This document shows, piece by piece, positions 56,420 to 64,000 of a stretch of 64,000 nt of DNA (position 1 is its first letter; each line of letters starts with the position of its first letter). The notes beneath the pieces were generated by a model, which searched no databases, had not been told where the DNA came from, and worked only from the letters and a program-made list of their open reading frames with translations. Source of the stretch: Geobacteraceae bacterium (lineage in GTDB: Bacteria; Desulfobacterota; Desulfuromonadia; Desulfuromonadales; BM103); NCBI GenBank assembly GCA_024641085.1, contig JAHEDT010000006.1, positions 41,856-105,855 on the forward strand, read 5' to 3'. Position numbers and translations under genes: made by a program.

Positions 56420-57133
56420 ATGACCAAGCTCACCGATAAAGGTCGCGGTATCCGCGACATGTTCGACCGGATTGCCCCACGGTACGATCTGCTGAACCGG
56501 GTTTTATCCCTCGGCATTGATCGGCGCTGGAGACGGTTCGCGGTTCGGCAACTGGACATCCCGCGGGGTGGCATGGTGCTGGATATTGCCACCGGTACAG
56601 GTGATGTGGCGCTGGAGATCGGCCGCCAGACGGATGCGTCGGTCAAAATTGTCGGGTCTGATTTCACTCAGGGGATGCTGGTCCTAGGCCGCGACAAGAT
56701 CGCCGCATCACCTTATCGGGACCGGATTCTGCTGGTGAATGCTCCCTGTGAGTCGATGCCCCACCCGGACGGCATATTTGACGGGATTACCATTGCCTTC
56801 GGCATCCGCAATGTGGTTGATCGGCAGCAGGGCCTCTTTGAGATGGCCCGAGTACTCAAACCGGGCGGGCGGGCGGTGATTCTCGAGTTTGCAACACCTC
56901 GCAACCGGTGCTTTCGGGCGGTCTATTATTTCTATTTCCGCCGCGTCCTGCCCTGGCTGGGCGGCCTTTTCTCCCAGCGTAGCGCCTACCAGTACCTGCC
57001 CGATTCCGTTCTTGAATTCCCTGATCGCGAAACATTCAAAGGGATGATGGAGCAGGCCGGGTTTGTCGATGTCAGGGTCTTCGACCTGACCGGCGGGATT
57101 GCCGCCGTGCACGTCGGGTCGCGCGCTGCCTGA
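56420..57133 (+). CDS. ubiE: demethylmenaquinone/ubiquinone C-methyltransferase
   Basis: MFDRIAPRYDLLNRVLSLGIDRRWRR and the SAM motif VLDIATGTGD. Confidence 0.9.
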   Translation: MTKLTDKGRGIRDMFDRIAPRYDLLNRVLSLGIDRRWRRFAVRQLDIPRGGMVLDIATGTGDVALEIGRQTDASVKIVGSDFTQGMLVLGRDKIAASPYRDRILLVNAPCESMPHPDGIFDGITIAFGIRNVVDRQQGLFEMARVLKPGGRAVILEFATPRNRCFRAVYYFYFRRVLPWLGGLFSQRSAYQYLPDSVLEFPDRETFKGMMEQAGFVDVRVFDLTGGIAAVHVGSRAA

Positions 57134-57241
57134 CGAAACCTCTCGCCGCCATTCTCCTTATGTGTCACCGCACCTCCGCGCCTTGGCGTGAATCAATGGC
57201 TTCGGTTTTGTTGTGCCTTTGTTGGAGGTATAGGCTCGAAA

Positions 57242-60200
57242 CTATTTAGAGCTGCTTTCCCCTCCCCAGAGGATCTCCGGGTTTTCAAACAGCTTGAAAG
57301 GCAACTGCAGGGTGCGCTTGAGCAGACCGAGGGTCGGTTCGGTGAGCGTATCCAGAGGCATGGCGTTGACCGAGACATCGTCGGTCGTTCCCTTGATCGA
57401 AAAGTGTGCCGTCAGGAGCGCCCGGTCGTCTCCGGTCAGGAGCCATCCGGCGACCGGAATGTGCGACACGATCTTGTCAACCGTGCCAAGGGGATGGATG
57501 GCCAGGCTCAGGTCGAGCTGCTTGTTCAACAGGTTCAATTGCCCGATATACGCCTGGTTCATCGCCTCGCTCTGAATTTTCAGGTCATCACTCCTGAGTA
57601 TCCCCTTGTCCAGCTGCAGATTCGCTGACAAGGTGGCAAATGGCATCCCTTCACGGTCCATATCCGGCAGTTCCAGGGCAAATATCTGAGAGACGTTCAA
57701 CAGCGAAAACACTTTGCTCAGGAACTGGAACTGGTGCAGGACGCCATCGTGAATCTGGATATTGAAATTGCCGTAGGATGAGGGGAGGTAGTTGGCACCG
57801 GTCTCCCCGCTCAGGTAAAAATCGCCGCGCAGTTTACCGCGTACGATGTTTTTCTGGTTGAGCAGCTCCCGGTAGACTTCCAGTGCGTCCACATCCTCAG
57901 CATGGCCGGAAACCCTGAGACGGGTCGGAGCCTCTCTGGAAAAATCGCTGATGATCTGGGCATTGCAGAAGCCCTCGCCGACCGAAAAGTCCAGGGGGTG
58001 GATCGTCAGGCGCTCCGGAGTCGGGATAATGACTCCGGAGGCATCGTGAAAGCTCATGCCGTACAGGTCGCCGCGCTTGGCCAGTGCGTTGATTCTTATG
58101 GTTGTACGGGTACTCTTCTCTTCGGTCTTGTTCGAGACGTCAGCGGTCTGCTGTTGCTCAATTTCGGGGCGATCCGTCCATAAGCTGATCACCTCGCCGA
58201 TATTGGCAAACTCAGACGTGATATCAAGGTTCACGTCATACGGCGCGAGAAAGTCAATCGTCCCGCGCACCGTGGCCTGAGTGCCGCCATCGAGGCGGAC
58301 ATCGACCGGGGCGAAGGTCAGCCCGTGGCGATCAATCTCCAAATGGCCATCGATGTCGCGTAGCTGGGCTTTTTCAGAATGGAAAACCAGTTCGCTGGCA
58401 CGAATCGCGGGGGCCCGAACGTCAAGGATCAAATGCGGCTCATTGAAATCATCAATTCTTGCCTGGACGGTGAGGGGCGACTGCCCCAGATGAACGTGGA
58501 GGTTGTCCGCGGCCAGGCCGTTGGCGGTCAAACGGACGCGACCGTTAATCTGCTCGAGGTCGGCAATATGCTTGGTCGCGCGCAGGCCGGCATCGCGCAG
58601 GGTGAGGGTCAACTCCGGGCGGTTGTTCTGGGGCCTTCCCTGCTGGTGTAAACTCAGGTCTGCCTGGCCATGCAACTGCAGCATTTCCAGCAAAGGCACG
58701 GTATCGGCCACCCTTCGCAGGTCCTCGATGCTCAGTAAAGCGTCGACAGTCAGGCTATCGGGGTCATCGAGCAGGATGGAGCCCGAGAGATGCCCTTTGG
58801 CAACCGACCATTTGAGGGAACCATGGTCAAGGCTGATTTTTTCCGGTGTCAGCGTGGCATGCAGGGCCAGTTTATCCTCCGGGCCTGATGTGAAGTGCAT
58901 ACCGGAGGGGTGGTTGATGACAAGTTGTGACAGGTCGGCCAGCAGATCGAGGCTGATTTTGCTGAGCGGACCTTCCAGGTGTCCCTTGATACTGACCTGG
59001 CCGCTGGTCTCGGTGGCATGGGATGGAATCCGCCATTCTTCGAGCAGTTTGTCCAACCGAAAGTCGCCGCTGAAATCCAGCGAAGTCAAAGCCACCGCAT
59101 CCCGGTCATATTCTCCCCTCCCATCCAGTGACAGGTGGAGGTCACCGATCTGAGCCAGGACGCCGTTGATCTGCCAGAGAGTGCCGGTCAAGTCGAAGGG
59201 CAGAGCGGTGACCTCGGCCTGGTGGTCCTCTCCGAGATCCCAGGCCATCTCCCTCAGGACTCCTTTGATTTGGCCGAGGCGCCATGTTATCCCTTGCTCC
59301 TTGGTCTCGAACAGGGTGAATTCTGCCCGCTCCAGGTCCACAGACCCCTGGTCCTGAAGCTTTTGCCGGACCACTTCCCATGATGATCCCCGGCCATCGG
59401 GGAGCCAGCTCTTGAGCCGGGATGTGGGCACACTGCTGTTGAGCAGCGTGACGTTCACTGCAAAGGGCTGGCCGTCCGGGGTCCATCCGAGGCTGCCAGT
59501 CAGCCGGGATTCGTCAACCTGTAATGACAGGTTACTGATTCCGGGGTGGTCGCCGCTGATCTGCAGCCGGCCTGAAGCGGCCAGGCTGCTGAACTGGATC
59601 GGTTCTGCATAGGCCTGCCCCGGTGAAATGATAATCTTGCCCGGTGAAAGTGCTCCATGAAATTGGAGGCTGGCATCCGGAGACCCTTCCACCTGCAGGT
59701 TCAGGTCGCTTGAACCGGCTATGGAAGAGATGACGGTCTGGCCGGCAAGCAAGAGCCAGCCCGCACTGAGGTCGAGATCTTTCACCTTCAGACCAAGCTT
59801 GAAGTACGGTGTCAAGCGGTTGCTCTCGTTGAGCTGCAGGGAGCCCGTCCCCTCGATCTGCCAGGCGCTTTTAGCCTGTTGCTCTGGCACCTGCAGCATC
59901 CCACTCATGGTCAGTTGCACAGCCTTGTCGAGTCCGATGGCCGACAGAACGCCGTTGAGTACTGTAATGTCAATCTGTTGTGCAGTTCGGTCTGGGGAGG
60001 GCAGGTCGATACGCACAACCCCGCCGAGGATTTCCAGCTGAGCAATGCTGATTGATTGCAGCAGAGCCTGGTCAATCTTAAGCGGTACCGGGCTGCTGTG
60101 CAGGCCATCGCCATCGGCTGGCGCTTTGAGGGACGATCTTACCTGGACGATCGGCTGCATCAGACTGATCTTGGCAAACTTGATCTCACGCTTCAGCAGC

Positions 60201-60508
60201 CCCCGCCACTGCAGGTTGATGAGGATGTTGGCGGTATCGACCTGCATGGTTGAACTGTCGTCACCGACCTGCAGGTCGGCAAAGCGCAGAGCCAGGTTGG
60301 TGTCGTGCAGGTTGTAACGAATGTCACCTATCTTTACGGGCAGTCCGAGGAGGGTGGCCAGTCTTGATTCGGCCTCTTTCCGATAATCGTTGAGGTCAAG
60401 GCTGACCAGGAAGTAAGCGATCCATGCGATCACCAGGGCGATTCCTGCCAGGCTGCCGAAAAGCAGCAGGCGTCTGCCTGACAAGCGCTTGGGCGCTGGT
60501 TCTGTCAT
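57242..60508 (-). CDS. AsmA/YhdP-like large envelope protein (1088 aa)
   Basis: A single N-terminal TM anchor, then long beta-rich repeats. The C-terminal region (DGVLHQFQFLSKVFSLLNVSQIF...) resembles the AsmA-like/YhdP C-terminus. Confidence 0.75.
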   Translation of the reverse strand: MTEPAPKRLSGRRLLLFGSLAGIALVIAWIAYFLVSLDLNDYRKEAESRLATLLGLPVKIGDIRYNLHDTNLALRFADLQVGDDSSTMQVDTANILINLQWRGLLKREIKFAKISLMQPIVQVRSSLKAPADGDGLHSSPVPLKIDQALLQSISIAQLEILGGVVRIDLPSPDRTAQQIDITVLNGVLSAIGLDKAVQLTMSGMLQVPEQQAKSAWQIEGTGSLQLNESNRLTPYFKLGLKVKDLDLSAGWLLLAGQTVISSIAGSSDLNLQVEGSPDASLQFHGALSPGKIIISPGQAYAEPIQFSSLAASGRLQISGDHPGISNLSLQVDESRLTGSLGWTPDGQPFAVNVTLLNSSVPTSRLKSWLPDGRGSSWEVVRQKLQDQGSVDLERAEFTLFETKEQGITWRLGQIKGVLREMAWDLGEDHQAEVTALPFDLTGTLWQINGVLAQIGDLHLSLDGRGEYDRDAVALTSLDFSGDFRLDKLLEEWRIPSHATETSGQVSIKGHLEGPLSKISLDLLADLSQLVINHPSGMHFTSGPEDKLALHATLTPEKISLDHGSLKWSVAKGHLSGSILLDDPDSLTVDALLSIEDLRRVADTVPLLEMLQLHGQADLSLHQQGRPQNNRPELTLTLRDAGLRATKHIADLEQINGRVRLTANGLAADNLHVHLGQSPLTVQARIDDFNEPHLILDVRAPAIRASELVFHSEKAQLRDIDGHLEIDRHGLTFAPVDVRLDGGTQATVRGTIDFLAPYDVNLDITSEFANIGEVISLWTDRPEIEQQQTADVSNKTEEKSTRTTIRINALAKRGDLYGMSFHDASGVIIPTPERLTIHPLDFSVGEGFCNAQIISDFSREAPTRLRVSGHAEDVDALEVYRELLNQKNIVRGKLRGDFYLSGETGANYLPSSYGNFNIQIHDGVLHQFQFLSKVFSLLNVSQIFALELPDMDREGMPFATLSANLQLDKGILRSDDLKIQSEAMNQAYIGQLNLLNKQLDLSLAIHPLGTVDKIVSHIPVAGWLLTGDDRALLTAHFSIKGTTDDVSVNAMPLDTLTEPTLGLLKRTLQLPFKLFENPEILWGGESSSK

Positions 60509-61878
60509 GACAATGTGCCACCTGTGGGATAGTCCCGGACAAACGGGGCCTTGTCCCCCGGCAGTGGCAGCAGGATGGTGAATCTGCTGCCCTGGCCGGG
60601 AACGCTTTCCACCTGGATCTGGCCACCGTGGAGGATGACGATTTCCCTGGCCAGGCTCAGGCCGAGGCCAATGCCACCTGTCGTACGGCGGTCACCGCTG
60701 TCTAGTTTGTGGAAGGGCTTGAAGATGGCATCGAGCTCATGCTGGGGGATGCCGATCCCCTGATCAATGACACAGATCGTGGTCTGATTGCCGTTGCTCT
60801 GGGCGGAGAGAGAGATTCGTCCGCCCTTGGGGGAATAACGGCAGGCATTGGTCAAAAGTTGCAAGATGACCTGGGTCAGTTCCTGGCGGTTGCCGTAGAC
60901 TTGAACGCCCGGTTGACATGCGATCTCGATCTCATGATGCGCTTTGCAGTCCCGGTTGCTTCCCCTGGCCTTTTCAAGCAGGCCCTGTACCTGGAGGTAT
61001 TCGTAGTCGACTCTGGCCCGGTCGATTTTAAGGCGCCGGACATCCAGGAAGTTGTTGACGAGCTCGTTCAGCTTCTCGGCTTCTTTGAAGATGATATCGA
61101 GATGTCGCCTGTGCTGGTCGGGGATTGCCTGCTCGTTTATGAGAAGTTCGGCAAAGCCGCTGATGGCCGTCAGGGGGGTGCGCATTTCATGGCTGACCGC
61201 GGAGAGCAGGTCGTGTTTGATCTTTTCCAGCTCTTTGCGCTCAGTGATGTCTATGGCGACTTCAAGCCTCACCAGGCGGCCATCCGGCCAGCGGATTGCT
61301 TTGTCGAAGCATTCGTACCAATGGTTGTTCTTGGTATTGAGAAATTCCCAGGTGATCGAGGAGCCGTCTGCGCCGTTGCTGATGAGTTGCGGGTTCGTGC
61401 AGAAATCACAGGGTTGATCAATCCCCTGTTGCAGATACTTGTAACATTTGAGGTCCTGCCAGCCCGGGCCGAAAAACTCCTCGGCAAACCGGTTGACATA
61501 GAGCAGCTGGTAGGTTTCGAGGTCGGCAACGTAGACGACCGCGTTCATCGAATCGAACAGGATATTCAATTGCGCGAAGCGATCCTGGATGTCCTGCCGG
61601 ACTTTGCCCGCTTGCTCGTCGAGGCCCTCTTCCCTGGTGCGTAACATCTGCAGGCAATGGCTGAGATAGAGATAGAGCAGGGTGGCCGTTACCAGCACAA
61701 AGAGCCACCCCTTGACGGTCTGAGCCCTGGTCAGCTGGTCTGGACTGCTGACGAACCATGCCAGAACCGTGTCCGAGAAGTAGATCCACAGGCAGGCGAA
61801 GACGGCATATAAGGCAACGGTGCGTGCCGCCGCGCGTCTGTGCAGGGTTTTTCTTTCCTGGTTCTCAATCGTGGGCAT
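60505..61878 (-). CDS. sensor histidine kinase (2 TM, PAS-like, HisKA, HATPase_c), no adjacent regulator
   Basis: H-box SHEMRTPLTAISGF and G-box GGIGLGLSLAREIV. ATGA overlap with the AsmA-like gene. Confidence 0.85.
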   Translation of the reverse strand: MPTIENQERKTLHRRAAARTVALYAVFACLWIYFSDTVLAWFVSSPDQLTRAQTVKGWLFVLVTATLLYLYLSHCLQMLRTREEGLDEQAGKVRQDIQDRFAQLNILFDSMNAVVYVADLETYQLLYVNRFAEEFFGPGWQDLKCYKYLQQGIDQPCDFCTNPQLISNGADGSSITWEFLNTKNNHWYECFDKAIRWPDGRLVRLEVAIDITERKELEKIKHDLLSAVSHEMRTPLTAISGFAELLINEQAIPDQHRRHLDIIFKEAEKLNELVNNFLDVRRLKIDRARVDYEYLQVQGLLEKARGSNRDCKAHHEIEIACQPGVQVYGNRQELTQVILQLLTNACRYSPKGGRISLSAQSNGNQTTICVIDQGIGIPQHELDAIFKPFHKLDSGDRRTTGGIGLGLSLAREIVILHGGQIQVESVPGQGSRFTILLPLPGDKAPFVRDYPTGGTLS

Positions 61879-62036
61879 GATGGAGTGGACTCTGACATTT
61901 TACGGATATGGCCCCGGACCCGCGCCTGGCAGCGAATTCTCGCTGCTCGCCGGCCTCACCGGATGTCAGAGCCCCCGGCTTGTATCTAACAAACTAACGG
62001 CCATTATACCTATATTTGCAAACATACGGCAGAATT

Positions 62037-62936
62037 TTATCCACCTTGCCGCCCGGAAAACTTCCGGGGGAAACCCAACGTCTCCATGAGATCCTGCAAC
62101 TCCGCCGGCAGCGGGGAGTCAATCAAGACGTTCATGCCGGTTGCCGGTTGCTGAAAAGTCAGTTGATGGCAATGCAGGAAGACCCTGTGCAGCCCTGGCA
62201 TGGTTACGCCGCCGTAGCGCGTGTCACCGAGGATTGGCCAGCCGGCCTCAGCAAGCTGTCTGCGAATCTGATGGCGGCGCCCGGTGACCAGCTCAAGTTC
62301 AAGCAGGGTGTGGCTGCCGGCCGCAGCGATCGGCCTGAACCTGGTCAGGGCGTCTTTGCGGCTTCCTTTGGCGGGGACCAGAGAGGTCAATTCGCCTGGC
62401 AAGCTTATGTCGCCTGCAACCATTGCCAGGTAAAGCTTGGTTGCCTGACCGGCCATGATCATCTTGCCCAGTTGGCTGGCCGCTGCCCGTCCCTTGCCGA
62501 TCAGGACCGCTCCGGACGTGCCGATATCCAGCCGGTGGATCGGTGCAACCCGAAAGGTCTCCCCGCGCAGGCGCAGGAAGTCGCCGACGCGTTGCAGCAG
62601 GTTGTCACCATGGCCAAGGGCGCGGTGCACGGCAAGTCCCGCCGGCTTGTCGATGACCATGCACTGCACGTCTTCGTAAAGGATCTGTCCGGGCTGGAGG
62701 TGCGACTGCTCAAGGCACTCACACCAGCGCAGGGAGTTTCTTACCGAGATCGTGTCACTGGTATGGACCACTTGCTCTGCGGCAGCACTACAGCTGTTCA
62801 CAGAGACGCGCTGTTTTTTACAGAGTTGCCGCAGCAGGGCTCGCGGAGCAGCAGGGACTCTTAATGCAAGCGCATTGATCAGTGCCAGGTCGGCCTCTCG
62901 CCGGTTGATTCGCCACTCGGTCATGGTCGCCATCAT
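62037..62936 (-). CDS. RluA-family pseudouridine synthase
   Basis: Catalytic motif HRLDIGTSGAVLI and RHQIRRQLA. Confidence 0.85.
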   Translation of the reverse strand: MMATMTEWRINRREADLALINALALRVPAAPRALLRQLCKKQRVSVNSCSAAAEQVVHTSDTISVRNSLRWCECLEQSHLQPGQILYEDVQCMVIDKPAGLAVHRALGHGDNLLQRVGDFLRLRGETFRVAPIHRLDIGTSGAVLIGKGRAAASQLGKMIMAGQATKLYLAMVAGDISLPGELTSLVPAKGSRKDALTRFRPIAAAGSHTLLELELVTGRRHQIRRQLAEAGWPILGDTRYGGVTMPGLHRVFLHCHQLTFQQPATGMNVLIDSPLPAELQDLMETLGFPRKFSGRQGG

Positions 62937-63258
62937 ATCATGCCCTTAATCAGTAGGTTTGTGGTGGACAAACGCATGCCAGGGTTCGACCTGGACAAGC
63001 ATGTAAAAACCTGGGACCAACCCGCAGGCACTCCGGAAATTTTCGAGCAGCCTGACTGAACGATGATTTTTTTCTTCCGGCAAGCAGCTCTATGATTCAG
63101 AATAGTCTCTAGCAGATTTCTGGGCAACTGTCCTCGGGCAAAAGGCCCTGGCCGGAATGCATGAAATCTCCTTTACAGCATAGTCATAGCTTGCTAACAT
63201 CGCCGGCTACTTATTGTAAAATAAGTGCGGGCAGACCGCAGTATCAAAGCCAATCCCC

Positions 63259-64000
63259 ATGAAAATAAAACGCATTGAAATTACAGGATTTAAGTCGTTT
63301 GTCGAGCGCACCGTGCTCGACTTCGACGATGGCATCACTTCGATCGTCGGCCCGAACGGCTGCGGCAAGAGCAACGTCGTCGATGCCATCCGCTGGGTCA
63401 TGGGCGAGCAGAGTGCCCGTAATCTGCGTGGCAAGCTGATGGAAGACGTCATCTTCGGAGGCAGCGAGAGCCGCAAGCCGCTCGGTATGGCCGAGGTGAG
63501 CCTGATCATGGACAATGCCGCCGGTATTGCGCCCGCGGCGTTCCGCGAGTATGCAGAGATCCAGGTCACCAGGCGGCTCTACCGCAACGGTGAAAGCGAC
63601 TACCTCCTGAACAAAACCCCCTGCCGGCTGCTCGACATCACGGAGTTGTTCATGGACACCGGGGTGGGTACCCGAGCTTATTCGATCATCGAGCAGGGCA
63701 AAATCGGCATGATCATCAATGCCAAACCCGAGGACCGGCGCAGTCTTATCGAGGAAGCCGCCGGAGTCACCAAGTTCAAAGCACGCAAGAAATCAGCTTT
63801 GCGCAAGATCGATGCGACGGGCCAGAATCTGCTGCGCCTTGGCGACATCGTCAATGAAGTACGGCGGCAGATGAACAGCCTCAAACGTCAGGCCCAGAGA
63901 GCCGTCCGTTTCCGTGAATTCCGCGAGGAACTGCGGGAGCTGGAATTGCAGTTCGGTCTGCGTCAATACAATGCGCTGAATGAAAAGGCCGAGCAGGTTG
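63259..64000 (+). CDS. smc: chromosome segregation protein SMC, 3-prime end beyond window
   Basis: ATG 63259 opens MKIKRIEITGFKSFVERTVLDFDDGITSIVGPNGCGKSNVVDAIRWVMGEQSARNLRG. The frame is open to the window end. It is absent from the track because no stop lies in the window. Confidence 0.9.
   Translation, partial: MKIKRIEITGFKSFVERTVLDFDDGITSIVGPNGCGKSNVVDAIRWVMGEQSARNLRGKLMEDVIFGGSESRKPLGMAEVSLIMDNAAGIAPAAFREYAEIQVTRRLYRNGESDYLLNKTPCRLLDITELFMDTGVGTRAYSIIEQGKIGMIINAKPEDRRSLIEEAAGVTKFKARKKSALRKIDATGQNLLRLGDIVNEVRRQMNSLKRQAQRAVRFREFREELRELELQFGLRQYNALNEKAEQV

Overview
This is a 64-kb chromosomal segment with high GC. nt 1-60 hand-count to 39/60 G+C. Gene content suggests an anaerobic Desulfuromonadales/Geobacter-type deltaproteobacterium, which is inference only. 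I call about 58 protein genes. I found no rRNA, tRNA, CRISPR array, transposase or integrase.

Gene order:
- Pyruvate dehydrogenase aceE (5-prime partial), aceF and lpdA.
- A NapH-like membrane polyferredoxin.
- A roughly 3-kb lower-GC patch holding a small conserved protein, an orphan secreted protein at about 30% GC, and a split half-size permease pair.
- A DUF1858 / Cys-rich / hemerythrin / Zn-ribbon operon. It is divergent from a split class II ribonucleotide reductase (nrdJa-nrdJb) plus dCMP deaminase operon that carries NrdR-box-like sites.
- A LUD-domain protein, then a tautomerase-SDR-pirin-NUDIX cluster.
- A TRIC-type channel, a dNMP-kinase-like P-loop protein and a DMT transporter.
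- DegP plus an OmpR/HK two-component pair, preceded by two unknown genes.
- A P-type ATPase, an SGNH hydrolase, a DUF1499 lipoprotein and a tandem USP.
- LhgO, a PanE-like reductase and an MFS transporter.
- A 2-Cys peroxiredoxin whose peroxidatic Cys codon is an in-frame TGA followed by a SECIS-like hairpin. The ORF track splits this into two ORFs.
- upp-uraA, MutT, an IclR regulator, a cNMP-CBS-DUF294 protein, PepP and dppABCDF.
- A five-gene tungsten-type aldehyde:ferredoxin oxidoreductase cluster (FeS, AOR, FAD, MoaD-like, ThiF/MoeB-like).
- A DMT transporter, ubiE, a giant AsmA/YhdP-like protein translationally coupled to an orphan histidine kinase, RluA, and smc (3-prime partial).

Most noteworthy observations:
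- The selenocysteine peroxiredoxin.
- A roughly 190-nt structured intergenic element present twice (31.7 kb and 50.0 kb), with wobble changes consistent with a plus-strand RNA.
- A disaggregated RIC-like hemerythrin operon.
- An orphan terminator with a mini-ORF ahead of the P-type ATPase.
- The low-GC island.

Many long ORFs in the track are antisense shadow ORFs of GC-rich DNA and were rejected. All family assignments come from motif recognition by eye. No database search was run.
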